Assembly (NCBI GenBank): GCA_964615185.1
Contig: CAZTOS010000011.1
Coordinates: 1-43,746 of the forward strand
DNA: 43,746 bases
DNA from: an uncultured Thermococci archaeon
GTDB taxonomy: Archaea; Methanobacteriota_B; Thermococci; Thermococcales; Thermococcaceae
Direction of reading: 5' to 3'
The notes beneath the pieces are model-generated. The model was given only the letters and a program-made list of their open reading frames with translations. It was not told where the DNA came from and ran no database searches. The position numbers and the translations under genes are program-made. Shown here one piece after another: positions 22,614 to 33,600 of this stretch (position 1 is the first letter of the stretch; the number at the start of each line of letters is the position of its first letter).

Positions 22614-22715
22614 CCCCCGGTAGCTAAGAAAAAAGAAAGAGTGAGGGAAACATAGTTTCCCCAATAGAGAAAGATAGAGGATTGAGGGTAAAGGGAGGTA
22701 AGGGGCAAAGCTCTT
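22593..22715 (+). repeat. Right copy of the three-hairpin inverted repeat
   Basis: GGGGC-GTTA-GCCCC, GGGAAAC-ATA-GTTTCCC, GGGGC-AAA-GCTCT; spacer GGATTGAGGGTAAAGGGAGGTAAGGGG matches left GGATTGAAGGTAGAGGAAGATAAGGGG. Confidence 0.8.
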
Positions 22716-22780
22716 CCACAAGAAATATAAACACCAATGCACAAAAATAATTCAGTCTAAGGTTCATGGAGGGAAAACTA

Positions 22781-23182
22781 ATGGGATTGTTTGACAAAAT
22801 TATTAAGAAGGAAGAACCTAAAGGAAAACCACTGAAATCAATAGGAAGAGAAATTGAAGGCACTCTCAGGGCAGACATTGACGTTATTCCTCTTGAGGAG
22901 GATGAGCTTGCAAAAGAGCTTGTAAAACCCGAAATCAGATATATCAAAAAAATCGTTGTTACCAGCTACACTGATCTGGAGAGAATTTCCGAAGAAATCC
23001 AAGAAGGGAATATTGTTATAGTTGATCTGACACCTCTTGAGTCAAAGCCAGAAATCTTAGAAAAAGTCGCAGAGCAGATAAAGGGCATGATACAAGCCCT
23101 TGGTGGTGACCTTGCAAAGATTTCCAAATATGAAATTAAACTCATTGTAACTCCCCCGGATATAAAGATATATAGAGAATAG
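22781..23182 (+). CDS. sepf: Cell division protein SepF (DUF552)
   Basis: MGLFDKI amphipathic start; GNIVIVDL..L, GGDLAKI, IVTPPDIKI. Confidence 0.85.
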   Translation: MGLFDKIIKKEEPKGKPLKSIGREIEGTLRADIDVIPLEEDELAKELVKPEIRYIKKIVVTSYTDLERISEEIQEGNIVIVDLTPLESKPEILEKVAEQIKGMIQALGGDLAKISKYEIKLIVTPPDIKIYRE

Positions 23183-23258
23183 CTCTCTTCTTTCCTTTCC
23201 TCAACAATGAAACAATGAATTTATAAACTCTCCACAGGCTTTTCTATTGGTGAAGTTA

Positions 23259-23876
23259 ATGAAGGAAGAGGCTTCAAATATACAGGAAGTCAGACTGGGA
23301 GACTGTCCCATCTGTGGGGGTAAAAACAGCCTTAAAGCTATCCAGTACATTCATGATATCCCCTATTTTGGTAAAGTCATGGAATCAACGATTATCTGCG
23401 AAAAATGTGGTTATAGAAATGCAGATGTGATGATATTAGAGGAAAAAGAACCGAAGCTGTATACTGTAAAAGTAGAAGAAGATAAGGATTTGTTTACAAG
23501 AGTCGTGAGGAGTAAGAGTGGGACAATTGAATTAGAAGAACTTGGCATAAAGATTGAACCCGGCCCAGCGAGTCAAGGATTCGTGAGCAATGTTGAAGGA
23601 GTTTTAGAGAGAGTTAGGGAAACGCTTTTGATGACAAGGAGCTTTAAAGAGCAAGAAAATGACAAAGAAGCAGTAAAGAAGATTGATGAGCTCTTGGAGT
23701 ATATTGAAGATGTCAAGGAAGGCAGAAAACCGTTAACAGTTAAGATCATGGATCCCTTTGGAAACAGCGCTCTGATAGGTGAGAAGGTCAAGAGCAGACT
23801 TTTGACAAAGGAAGAAATCAAAAAACTCAGTAAAGGGCCTTATGTGATAATTGAACCCGATGAGGACACTAAATGA
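23259..23876 (+). CDS. ZPR1 zinc-finger domain protein
   Basis: CPICG...IPYFG...CEKCGYR, EPGP, DPFGNS. Confidence 0.93.
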   Translation: MKEEASNIQEVRLGDCPICGGKNSLKAIQYIHDIPYFGKVMESTIICEKCGYRNADVMILEEKEPKLYTVKVEEDKDLFTRVVRSKSGTIELEELGIKIEPGPASQGFVSNVEGVLERVRETLLMTRSFKEQENDKEAVKKIDELLEYIEDVKEGRKPLTVKIMDPFGNSALIGEKVKSRLLTKEEIKKLSKGPYVIIEPDEDTK

Positions 23877-24396
23877 ACATTACTTCTCTACTCATTAAAT
23901 CTTCAAGCAGAGCTTTAACCCAAGGCTGCCTCGTCCTGCTTGAGAGGTGAATAATGCCTTCCACAAAGACACCGTACTTTTCCTTCATCTCTTCTCTGCT
24001 TATAGGTTTCTTAAAGAGAAAGGGCTTCTCGATGGTGAAGGCATAGCCATAATTTTTGATATATTCCTTAAGCCACTGCTTGCCTCTCTCTTCTCCGTGA
24101 ACAAAAGTTAAGCCGCTTGTATCTTTTGTAAGCTCCCAAAGGGTCTCAAAATCTGCCTTTATAACCTCTCCCACCTCAAAGCCGCCCGCAATTGTCCCTC
24201 TCTTAGTCAACAACTGTTCCTCAGTTAAGCCGAGTTTATCAAGTGTTCTCTTAAGTGTGAATAAATTTCCTCTCGCTATGTAAAGGAAAACAACATCTCC
24301 CTCATTGAACACACGTGAGCGTCTAATTTCATGAGACTTTAACCCCCTGAATATGAGCTCGCCATATACTTGATGGAGTGCAATCACATGCTCCAT
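23869..24396 (-). CDS. ASCH/PUA-like domain protein
   Basis: IALHQVYGELIFRGLKSHEIRR resembles the ASCH GxKxxExR motif. Confidence 0.7.
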   Translation of the reverse strand: MEHVIALHQVYGELIFRGLKSHEIRRSRVFNEGDVVFLYIARGNLFTLKRTLDKLGLTEEQLLTKRGTIAGGFEVGEVIKADFETLWELTKDTSGLTFVHGEERGKQWLKEYIKNYGYAFTIEKPFLFKKPISREEMKEKYGVFVEGIIHLSSRTRQPWVKALLEDLMSREVMFI

Positions 24397-24441
24397 GCTC
24401 TCACCGAAGAAAAGCTTGACTATGAAAATATAAAGATTTGG

Positions 24442-25443
24442 TTATTCTCTCCTTACGGCTTTAATGATATCGCTCACAACAGCTGAGGCAGTTTCCTTAA
24501 CTCCTGCACCAGCACCTTTGATTACAAGCTCTCCCAACAAGTCCGTCTCTATGATTGCAACGTTTTGTGTTCCATAAACAGCAAGTGGTGAATTCTTTGG
24601 AATAGCTTTCGGCTCAACAGAGATTTCTCCCCTCTTAACATCAGCAACTAATCTCATGACCTTACCTTCTCTCTTAGCTCTTTCCACCTCTTCCATTGAT
24701 ATTTCATCAATGCCTCTTATCTTCAACTTCTCAAAGCTTATTGGATAGAAAGCAACGCTATGGAGGATTACAGCTTTATATGCAGCGTCTATACCCTTAA
24801 TGTCCATGCTTGGATCCCTCTCAGCTATTCCAAGCTCTTGGGCTTTTTTTAAGGCATCCTCAAAGCTAAGTTCTCTTTCCATCTGGCTCAAAATGAAAGT
24901 TGTTGTCCCATTCAAAATTCCTTGAATGCTCAGAATTTCATCCCCTAAGAGACTTTCCTGCAAAAGTGTTATTATCGGTGTTCCGGCCATCACAGTTGCC
25001 TCGAATCTATAATTCACCCCTCGCATGTAAGCCTCCTGGGTAAGCTCCATGAAATGAAAAACTAAAGGAGGTTTGTTTGAAGTCACAACGTGCCTACCAT
25101 GCCTGAAAGATTCCATATGCCATTTCCACGCGTTTACGTCATTGGTTACATCAACAACAACATCGCTTTCAACTTCCTTCACAACTTCCATTGGAGACAT
25201 ATGATAGATTTCATAGTCGTTGCCCCATTTATCTAAGCTTCCAAAAGTTTCCTTAACCATCAATGCCTCTCTCAAGTCTATTCCGCTTTCATCCCAGATG
25301 GTTGCTTTAGAATCAGAAATGCTGACAACCTTAAACTTTAAACCATACTTTATCCTAAACTGTTCCGCTTTCTTAATGAGAACTCTTGCAACTCCTCTGC
25401 CCACGTTTCCAAAACCTACAAAAGAAAGAAGAATCTCAGTCAT
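24442..25443 (-). CDS. hom: Homoserine dehydrogenase
   Basis: GFGNVG, HVVTSNK, EATVMAGTP, GILNGTT, AERDPSMDIKGIDAAYK. Confidence 0.93.
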   Translation of the reverse strand: MTEILLSFVGFGNVGRGVARVLIKKAEQFRIKYGLKFKVVSISDSKATIWDESGIDLREALMVKETFGSLDKWGNDYEIYHMSPMEVVKEVESDVVVDVTNDVNAWKWHMESFRHGRHVVTSNKPPLVFHFMELTQEAYMRGVNYRFEATVMAGTPIITLLQESLLGDEILSIQGILNGTTTFILSQMERELSFEDALKKAQELGIAERDPSMDIKGIDAAYKAVILHSVAFYPISFEKLKIRGIDEISMEEVERAKREGKVMRLVADVKRGEISVEPKAIPKNSPLAVYGTQNVAIIETDLLGELVIKGAGAGVKETASAVVSDIIKAVRRE

Positions 25444-26297
25444 TTTCTGTTCACAATGACCTTTATTAAGTCCATATCTCTAATCAATCCCACGAGGTCG
25501 CCTTCTCCCCTAATGACTGGAAGCTGTTCAATCCTGTATTTAGCCATTTTGTTTGCAACATCGTAGACGCTCATGTGTGGAGTTGCTATTATTGGATTCC
25601 TTGTCATTATCTCTTCAACAGGCTTTTTTGGGAGCTGGAGCTCTGCTTTTTCAAAGAGCAGGGTGGGATGGCTTTCAAGAATCCATTCTTCCTCACTTGA
25701 CGCTGATAACGCAGAGCTTTTCATGACCCTGACAACTTCACTGTCCTTAAGTAAATCCGTTTCATCAACTATACCAATTAAATTCCCATCATCATCAATC
25801 ACAGGAATTGCCATAGCATTGCAGAGAAGAAGAGCCTTTAATGTAGCTTTTAATGGAGTTCCCCTCCACACAACACTGACATTTCTCTGATAATATGGTT
25901 CAATTTCAAAATTCTTATACCTCTCATGTTTTGAGAGGTATCTCCTTATTATGTCCCCAACAGTAAGAATTCCAACAACTTCGCCATTGTCATCAACAAC
26001 AATGACTCTTCTATAGTCGTATTCAAGCATTAAGCGAACGGCTTTCTTTAAATCATCAGTTGGTTTGACTACAGGGACGTCTCTCTTAACCAGCATTGCC
26101 AGCTGATCCTCATCAGGGTTTACAAGAACCCTCTTAATGCTCACAATACCAACCAACTCTCTATTCCCTCTTCTAACTACAGGAAAAGACCTAACCTTGT
26201 GTTTTTTAAAAAGTTCAAGGGCATAGCTCCTTGTTGCGGGCAGTTCAATAACGACAGGATCTGGCGTCATTATGGTCTTAACTTTCACTTTTACCAC
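25440..26297 (-). CDS. CBS-domain protein (four CBS repeats)
   Basis: Repeated IMT..P, PVV/PVI and LVGIV motifs. Confidence 0.9.
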   Translation of the reverse strand: MVKVKVKTIMTPDPVVIELPATRSYALELFKKHKVRSFPVVRRGNRELVGIVSIKRVLVNPDEDQLAMLVKRDVPVVKPTDDLKKAVRLMLEYDYRRVIVVDDNGEVVGILTVGDIIRRYLSKHERYKNFEIEPYYQRNVSVVWRGTPLKATLKALLLCNAMAIPVIDDDGNLIGIVDETDLLKDSEVVRVMKSSALSASSEEEWILESHPTLLFEKAELQLPKKPVEEIMTRNPIIATPHMSVYDVANKMAKYRIEQLPVIRGEGDLVGLIRDMDLIKVIVNRK

Positions 26298-26383
26298 CGG
26301 TCTTAACTAAAATGCCATACTCCTATTTAAACTTTTCATTGACAAATCGTCAAAATTGCCCAAAATTGGGATAAAAAAGAGAA

Positions 26384-27508
26384 TTAACCAAGGGCTGAAA
26401 GCAGGACTCCGGCGGCTACTGCAGTTCCTATAACTCCAGCAACGTTTGGACCCATTGCATGCATCAGGATGAAGTTTCCTGGATCTTCTTCAGCCGCTAA
26501 CTTTTGAACAACCCTTGCACTCATTGGAACTGCTGAAACTCCAGCCGCACCAATCATTGGATTAATCCTCCCACCACTAAGCTTCATCATGAACTTTCCT
26601 AACAATACCCCACCAGCTGTTGCCGTTGCAAATGCAACAACACCGAGGGCAAGAATCATTAAGGTTTTCGCCGTCAAGAAGTACTCCGCCCTCATTGTTG
26701 AACCAACACCAAGTCCAAGGAAGATTGTAACGATGTTCATAAGCTCTTCTCTGGCAGCTTTGGCGAGCCTTTCAACAACCCCACTCTCCCTAAAGAGGTT
26801 GCCAATCATGAGCATACCAATCAGTGGAGCCGCTGAAGGAACAAGCAAACCAATAATCAACATCGACGCAATTGGGAAGAGAATCTTTTCACGCTTTGAC
26901 ACTGGTCTCAATTGCTCCATCCTGATTCTCCTCTCTTCTGGAGTTGTCAGAGCTTTGATGACTGGCGGTTGAATTAATGGTACAAGACTCATGTAAGAGT
27001 AAGCCGCCACAGCAGTAGCGCCAAGCAAGTGTGGCGCTAATTTTGTCGTCAAATAAATTGTCGTAGGCCCATCAGCACCGCCGATGATACCAATTGAAGC
27101 AGCCTCTGGGAGAGTAAAGCCCAAAGCAACTGCTGTGAGCATTGCAATGAAGACACCAATTTGGGCAGCTGCTCCAAGCAATGCAGTCTTTGGATCGGCA
27201 ATCATCGGGCCGAAGTCCGTCATTGCCCCAAGACCGAAGAAGATTAACAATGGCACGACTTCAGTGTCAATGAGGTAGTGTTTGATTAGGTAGAACAAAC
27301 CATGTGGTGGATCAGCTATCCCAGTAAATGGCAAATTTACAAGCACAGCGCTTATTCCAATCGGCAGTAAGAGGAGAGGCTCCATCTTGTACTTGATTGC
27401 CAAGTAAACTAATGTCAAACCAACAAGAATCATGATCACGTTTCCCACTGCCAGGTTAAGTAAACCCATGTGTGCAAAGAAATCAATTATTGCCTGCCCT
27501 AATCCCAT
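26384..27508 (-). CDS. mmdB: Na+-translocating decarboxylase beta subunit
   Basis: [37 protein letters not shown]. Confidence 0.95.
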   Translation of the reverse strand: MGLGQAIIDFFAHMGLLNLAVGNVIMILVGLTLVYLAIKYKMEPLLLLPIGISAVLVNLPFTGIADPPHGLFYLIKHYLIDTEVVPLLIFFGLGAMTDFGPMIADPKTALLGAAAQIGVFIAMLTAVALGFTLPEAASIGIIGGADGPTTIYLTTKLAPHLLGATAVAAYSYMSLVPLIQPPVIKALTTPEERRIRMEQLRPVSKREKILFPIASMLIIGLLVPSAAPLIGMLMIGNLFRESGVVERLAKAAREELMNIVTIFLGLGVGSTMRAEYFLTAKTLMILALGVVAFATATAGGVLLGKFMMKLSGGRINPMIGAAGVSAVPMSARVVQKLAAEEDPGNFILMHAMGPNVAGVIGTAVAAGVLLSALG

Positions 27509-27514
27509 GTCCCC

Positions 27515-27985
27515 TCACCCGAGCTCTATTAATGCTTGTCCTGTGTCTACTGTGTCGCCTTCTTTTACGAGGATTTTCTTCACGATGCCGTCTTTTGGTG
27601 ATGGAATCTCGTTCTCCATCTTCATTGCCTCCAAAACAAGCAAACCTTGACCAACTTTTACCTGATCCCCCTCATTAACAAGAATCCTCAAAATCTTGCC
27701 AGGCATTGGCGCTGAAACAACATTCTCACCCACCGCCGGCGTTGGAGTTGGAGTTGAAACAGGCACCGTTGGAGCCTGTACCGGAGCCGTTACTGGTGCT
27801 GGTGCAGGTGCTGAAACGGGAGCTTGCGCCGGCATCTCCATGGCACTCAACGGAATTCCTAAGTCCTTAGCCTCGACCTCATAACTCTCCCCTTCAAAGC
27901 TGACTTTGAACTTTCCTACGCCGAGTTCTTCAACTTCAACCTCATAAGTGACACCATCAACAATGACCCTAACTTTGCCCTTCAT
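27515..27985 (-). CDS. mmdC: Decarboxylase gamma subunit (biotin carrier)
   Basis: Ala/Pro linker, APMPG, EAMKM biotinylation site. Confidence 0.95.
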   Translation of the reverse strand: MKGKVRVIVDGVTYEVEVEELGVGKFKVSFEGESYEVEAKDLGIPLSAMEMPAQAPVSAPAPAPVTAPVQAPTVPVSTPTPTPAVGENVVSAPMPGKILRILVNEGDQVKVGQGLLVLEAMKMENEIPSPKDGIVKKILVKEGDTVDTGQALIELG

Positions 27986-28374
27986 CACCACCACACCCTT
28001 TCATAGTTGAAATCCTCAACTTCCTCCATTTGACTTTGTAAGCCATACAAACGCCAAGTATCAGAAGGCTTCTTCCTAAACGGAATAGGTCTCAGCTGAG
28101 CATTTTTCTCAGTAATATAAGCTAAAATTGCTGCAGTGATAACGGCAAGCTTTTTAGGTTCAATCTTTGGCTTTTCCTCAGCTTTGACTTCTTCCTTCTC
28201 TTCTTTTGGTTTAGGCACAGCTTCAACAACAGGCTTCTCTTTTTCAAGCAAACGCCTCTCCAAATAACCAATCCCATACATTGCCAATGCTAAAATAGTT
28301 AAAACAGTGAAAACTACCGTAACTCCTAAGATCGTAATGTAAAGACCCTCAAGGAACTCTTGCATCGTAATCAT
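27985..28374 (-). CDS. mmdD: Decarboxylase delta subunit (OadG family)
   Basis: TM segment ILGVTVVFTVLTIL, AVITAAI, conserved W; operon position. Confidence 0.88.
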   Translation of the reverse strand: MITMQEFLEGLYITILGVTVVFTVLTILALAMYGIGYLERRLLEKEKPVVEAVPKPKEEKEEVKAEEKPKIEPKKLAVITAAILAYITEKNAQLRPIPFRKKPSDTWRLYGLQSQMEEVEDFNYERVWW

Positions 28375-28384
28375 TGCATACACC

Positions 28385-29953
28385 TCACAATGGAATATTC
28401 CCATGCTTCTTTGGTGGAAGCTTTACGCGCTTGCTCTCCATGGCTTCCAATGCCATAATTATCTTTCCTCTCGTTTCTGCCGGGTCAATAACATCATCAA
28501 TGTAACCCCTGCCAGCCGCAACGTACGGGTTAGCAAACTTCTCCCTATACTCTCTTATCTTTTCCTGCCTGTACTCCTCCGGATTCTCCGCCTTAGCAAT
28601 CTCCTTCCTAAAGATAATGTTCGCAGCACCCTCCGGACCCATTACTGCTATTTCAGCAGTTGGCCAGGCAAAGACAAAATCCGCTCCCAAATGTTTGCTT
28701 CCCATGGCCAAGTAAGCTCCACCATAAGCCTTCCTCAGGATTACAGTAACCATTGGAACTGTCGCTTCAGCATAAGCGTAGAGGACTTTCGCACCGTGCC
28801 TTATGATACCACCGTACTCTTGCTGAACTCCTGGCAGGTAACCGGGAACGTCAACCAAAGTTACGATTGGAATGTTGAACGCATCACAAGTCCTGACAAA
28901 TCTTGCTATTTTGTCTGAGCTGTCAATGTCAAGAACGCCAGCCAAGTGTATTGGATTGTTCGCCACTATACCAACTGGTTGGCCGTTAAAACGTCCAAAG
29001 CCGACAACAGCATTTGGTGCATAATAAGGCAGAATCTCAAGAAAGTCCGGATTTCCGTTTGCATCCCTATCAACAATCTCGTAGATTACTTGTCTAACAT
29101 CATAACCCTTATTCGGGTCATCCGGGACAATCTCATAGAGCTTATCGCTCTTTCTAAACGGTGGGTCATTTGCTTTAACCCTCGGAGGCTTCTCCATGTT
29201 GTTTGATGGCAAATAGCTTAACAGTCTTCTTATGAGCATTAAAACTTCCTCATCACTCTTGCCGATTAAGTGAGCTTGTCCGCTTTTTTGCGCGTGAACC
29301 ATTGCACCACCCAATTGGGTTGGTGAAACTTCAACGCCGGTAACTGCCTTAACCACTTGTGGTCCGGTAATGAACATGAATGTTGCAGGATTGTCAACCA
29401 TGAGGATGAAATCTCCAATGGCTGGGCTGTAAACCGCACCACCAGCACAAGGACCCATGATGGCCGTAATCTGTGGCACGACCCCACTTAAAATTGTGTT
29501 CATCTTGAAGATTTCTCCATAACCCTTAAGCGAGTCTACACCCTCCTGAATCCTTGCTCCTCCGGAGTCGTTGAGTCCAATGATTGGAGCGCCAGCTTCA
29601 AGTGCAAGCTCCATGATGCGTTTAATTTTCATAGCATGCATTTCTCCTAACGAACCACCCATCACCGTAAAGTCTTGAGCAAAGACAAAAACTAATCTGC
29701 CATCAATTGTTCCATAGCCAGTTATCACGCCATCCGCTGGCAGTTCCATCTTGTCAAGGCCAAATTCAGTATTCCTGTGCTTGACGAAGGCTCCAATCTC
29801 AACAAAGCTTCCGGGATCAAGAAGCTTCTCAATCCTCTCTCTTGCTGTGAGCTTACCCTTATCATGCTGCTTCTGAACCTTAGCTTCACCACCCATCTGC
29901 AGGATTTTCTTCTTCCTTTCATACAACTCATTCACCTTATCCTCCATACTCAT
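28385..29953 (-). CDS. mmdA: Methylmalonyl-CoA decarboxylase alpha subunit (carboxyltransferase)
   Basis: GKLTARER, DSGGARIQEG, GPCAGGAVY, RKAYGGA, KKHGNIPL. Confidence 0.95.
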   Translation of the reverse strand: MSMEDKVNELYERKKKILQMGGEAKVQKQHDKGKLTARERIEKLLDPGSFVEIGAFVKHRNTEFGLDKMELPADGVITGYGTIDGRLVFVFAQDFTVMGGSLGEMHAMKIKRIMELALEAGAPIIGLNDSGGARIQEGVDSLKGYGEIFKMNTILSGVVPQITAIMGPCAGGAVYSPAIGDFILMVDNPATFMFITGPQVVKAVTGVEVSPTQLGGAMVHAQKSGQAHLIGKSDEEVLMLIRRLLSYLPSNNMEKPPRVKANDPPFRKSDKLYEIVPDDPNKGYDVRQVIYEIVDRDANGNPDFLEILPYYAPNAVVGFGRFNGQPVGIVANNPIHLAGVLDIDSSDKIARFVRTCDAFNIPIVTLVDVPGYLPGVQQEYGGIIRHGAKVLYAYAEATVPMVTVILRKAYGGAYLAMGSKHLGADFVFAWPTAEIAVMGPEGAANIIFRKEIAKAENPEEYRQEKIREYREKFANPYVAAGRGYIDDVIDPAETRGKIIMALEAMESKRVKLPPKKHGNIPL

Positions 29954-30159
29954 GCAGATCCCCCATTAGCATTAGTCTAAAATTTGTAGTTTGTAAAGTT
30001 TAAAAGGGTTTTTATGGTTGCAAAATAATGAACACATGACCACAGCTGGACGTCCTAAACTTAATTTTCTCCCTTTAACTTTGTAAAATCATTGAACAAG
30101 AATCTGTGAGAAATAATCAACGAAAAAATTAGGAAGATAAAGAATCATCATGAAGTAAA

Positions 30160-30606
30160 TCACAGGTGAGCTATTGGCGTCTCTGCACCACATGCTTCAC
30201 ACTTGAGATAATGGAACCTGCCCTTCTTAGTAATCTTTGTATCCGGTGAACCACATACGGGACATATGACATATTCCTTAAGGTACTTCTTCATCTTGTT
30301 TGCTATAAGGTAAGGTGTGAATCTACCCTGAAGGACAACTCTTCTTCCTTCAAGGATTCCTGCAGTGGCAACTTCTCTCAGAATGAATTTAAGCAGGTGG
30401 TGTGGATCTCTGTTCATAGCTTCGGCTATGTCTTTGAAGTTTTCTATGATCGTCTTGTTACCCTCAATTGTAACTATGGCAACTGGTACCTCAAATCTCG
30501 ATGTATGGTGTTTAACATTCTCTGGCAGCTCATCATAAGCTTTTTCCAAGAGTTTTTCATAATCATAATAGTCATATTCGACTTTCCCAATCTCCCTCTC
30601 ACCCAT
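30160..30606 (-). CDS. eif2b: Translation initiation factor 2 subunit beta
   Basis: [24 protein letters not shown]. Confidence 0.96.
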   Translation of the reverse strand: MGEREIGKVEYDYYDYEKLLEKAYDELPENVKHHTSRFEVPVAIVTIEGNKTIIENFKDIAEAMNRDPHHLLKFILREVATAGILEGRRVVLQGRFTPYLIANKMKKYLKEYVICPVCGSPDTKITKKGRFHYLKCEACGAETPIAHL

Positions 30607-30650
30607 TTTAACACCTCCAAAGATGCTACTCCTTTCCCTTTATAACCTTT

Positions 30651-33600
30651 TCACAACACCTTATAATATCCATTTCTTGGCTCATAAATTCTTGAAGTAG
30701 CTTTGAGATCCTCAATAATCTTCCTGACTTCTCTCTTCTCAATTCCTGCTCTTGCTGCCTCCTTAATTATATCATCAATTGGGGCACCAAAGTCTGTTTG
30801 ATCCTGAAGAGCCTCAATTATTTCCAAGACTTTTTCGACCTTATTTATTTTTCTCGCAGATTTACCCACCTCAAGGATCGAAATATCCATGATGCCCTCT
30901 TCATCAACGGCTATCTGCCTTAAAGTGTACTCTACCAGCTTTATTGCTTCTCTTGCATCTTCTCTTGTAACTATCTCACTTAAGCGCATTCTGGCATGTG
31001 CTTCGGCTAATCTTATCAGCGCTTCAAGCTGTCTGGCGGTTATTGGAATCGGCTTAACACCCTCAGTTTCAGTAGTTTTCCTCAGACCTTTTCTCATTTT
31101 GACATAATAGTGGAGAATCTCATCCATCGCTTCCCTGCTGAGAACGGGATGGATATTCTTTCTTGCATAAGCTATGTATTTTTTAAGCAGGTCATATGGG
31201 ATCTTGGGGGTTATAGCTTCGGCTTCTCCTTTTCTAACTTTTAGAATGTGTGATGCAATTTCAGAATCAAGCTTTTCATTTGGCTCATCTATGAGAACAA
31301 AGATAAGGTCAAATCTGCTGAGCAGAGTTGGTGGCAAATCAAGTTGTTCTGGGAGGGGCTTCATCTTATTGAATCTTCCGTGTTTTGGATTTGCAGCTGC
31401 AATGACTGTTGTCCTTGCATTTAAAGTCGCTGTAATTCCGGCTTTTGAAATGCTGATCGTGTTATGCAATACCAACCCATGAGAAACAAAGAGATGATAC
31501 GGCTCAACAGTGACATCATAAACCCACTTTGAATCCTTGTTTTCAACTTCCTCAACTTTGAGCACCTTAATAAATTTAAGATTTGAGTTCAGGATTTCTT
31601 CGATTTGACTGAGAGTATCTTCAGCGTACTCTATAACTTTCTTAGCTTCACTTAAAACAATCTCAAGTGCCCTTTTATCGCCTTTTCTGAGGAGATTCCT
31701 CAGAGATAAGGGTGATATTCCATATTTAAAGTATATTTGGTATTTTGAGACTATTTGAAGAAGTGGTTCATAGTTCCGCTCCTTTAGTGCTTGTCTTAGT
31801 CTTTCAAGCTCGGCTTTTACATTATCATAATACCTAAGCAGGACATCCCTTGGAACGTAGTCTCTGTACAATCTCATCCTATCTTTGTTTGAAATCCATA
31901 CACGAAGAAGCTTTAAAACCTCCAAAAATTTCCTTGCCAAATCCCCAGGAACAATGTCACGGGAACTCTTAACCCTGAAAGACTGTCCAGTTATCTGCAT
32001 AAGCTTCTTTACGCTTTCCTTATCGTGAACAATCAGCGTTATGGAAGTCGGGCTCTCATATATGGAAGAGCTTATGCCCAGAGCCAATAATACATCCTGC
32101 AGATCTTCAGCGAGAGCTCTGTTTGGAAATCTTATACACGGCTTTCCATTAAGCATGCTCCCACGAATTTCCCATATCGTTCTTAAAAACTCTTCAAGTT
32201 CCCTCTTCTTCAGTTTAAATGCCTCTGGAGGTAGTCTCACACTCTTTTTGAATCTGTAATTTTTGGTAAACAAAGACAGTGCAAGATTTCTTCCCCCTTC
32301 TAACTCTCCAAAAGAGGGATAATCCCTGACTCCAATGGTGAGATCTCCGGGCACTATCTCATCTGCCCTCTTTTCAACAATTTTTCCATTCTCCCACACC
32401 ATCACTGGATGTTCTGGCGTTACGATTATTTCCCTTCCGTTGGAGAAGCGAAGCTTTATGAACTTCTCTGGAGCTTTGTGTCTGCTTACCCTATCTGCTT
32501 TGACCTTGACTATCTCCTTTCTCTTAAGATCATAGGCGAGCAGATAAACATCATCAACGGGCAGTATCTCTGTGTCCTTTCCAATAATAACCTTATCACG
32601 GTTCTTTTCAATGAGTTCATCCACAAATTCACCAATTTTCACCTTTCTGCCGTCAGCAAGGAGAAGTTCGAAATCCTTATGATAGCTCTGTTGCTCAAGC
32701 GCCTCGTGTATGGCACTTCTATCCCTGTCGCTCATCTTATCGAATTCGTCAATACAATTATGCACAATTATCCCCCCAGCTAAGAAATTGTGATCGCCAG
32801 GAACATAAAGGTCATAGACATAGCCCTTATAAGGAATGCGCTCGATGGAGATGATTTCATCAAGGAAGTAGTCTCTTGTTGCTAAAACTTTGAGCTTAAA
32901 CCTTGTTTCATCATCGAGGAACTCCTCAAGCCGTTCAAGAATCTTTCTGAGCTGTGCCCTGCTCGGAAGATAGCTTCCCTTCGCATAGGCATAGAGAGTG
33001 CTTCGTAAACCCCTCTTTTGGAGAATACTCGATGGAACTTTCTTAATTATTTTCCTCGCTATCTGCTTCACTGGCTCGGCTGGAACCTTATCGCTCCCTG
33101 AAGATACAAGATGATTCATATTTGGAATTTCTTTAACCTTAACGCTGTATTTTTTCACTGCACTAAGGAAATTTCTGACATCTTCTCTTCCCGTTATGCA
33201 AATTCTGTTCACACCTTTACCAGGAATTATACGGGCATAGACGTCAAACCTCCTAAGCAAAAGTGCAAATGCCCTATCGCTTTCAATATCGTCTGAAAGG
33301 AGGAACTTAACGTGGATTACCTTACCCTTTGTGCTCCTTTTAATTGAGACACATCCATCTGAATCAAGGGCACCTGCTATGAAGGCTTTTACTGCCTCGT
33401 CATCAAGGACAAATATGTTTTCAAGGGCATTTTTGGTTAAATATTCGTAGATGTATGCGATGAGCGGGGAGCTAATGTGGAACGTTATCATTTCACTTGA
33501 AATTCTGTTTCCAGCTACCTTGTTTTCCATTGTACGCTCGTATTCTTTGAGATCTCCCTCGTAAAACGCATGGAAAGCAGTTCTTATGGCTTCAATTTGT

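Noticed and set aside
27720..27835. Repetitive GC-rich stretch in mmdC
   Set aside because: Encodes the normal Ala/Pro linker of biotin carrier subunits
30085..30150. ATGATGA box C-like motif on the minus strand after aIF2-beta
   Set aside because: No CTGA box D at a suitable distance; the region looks like a T-rich terminator
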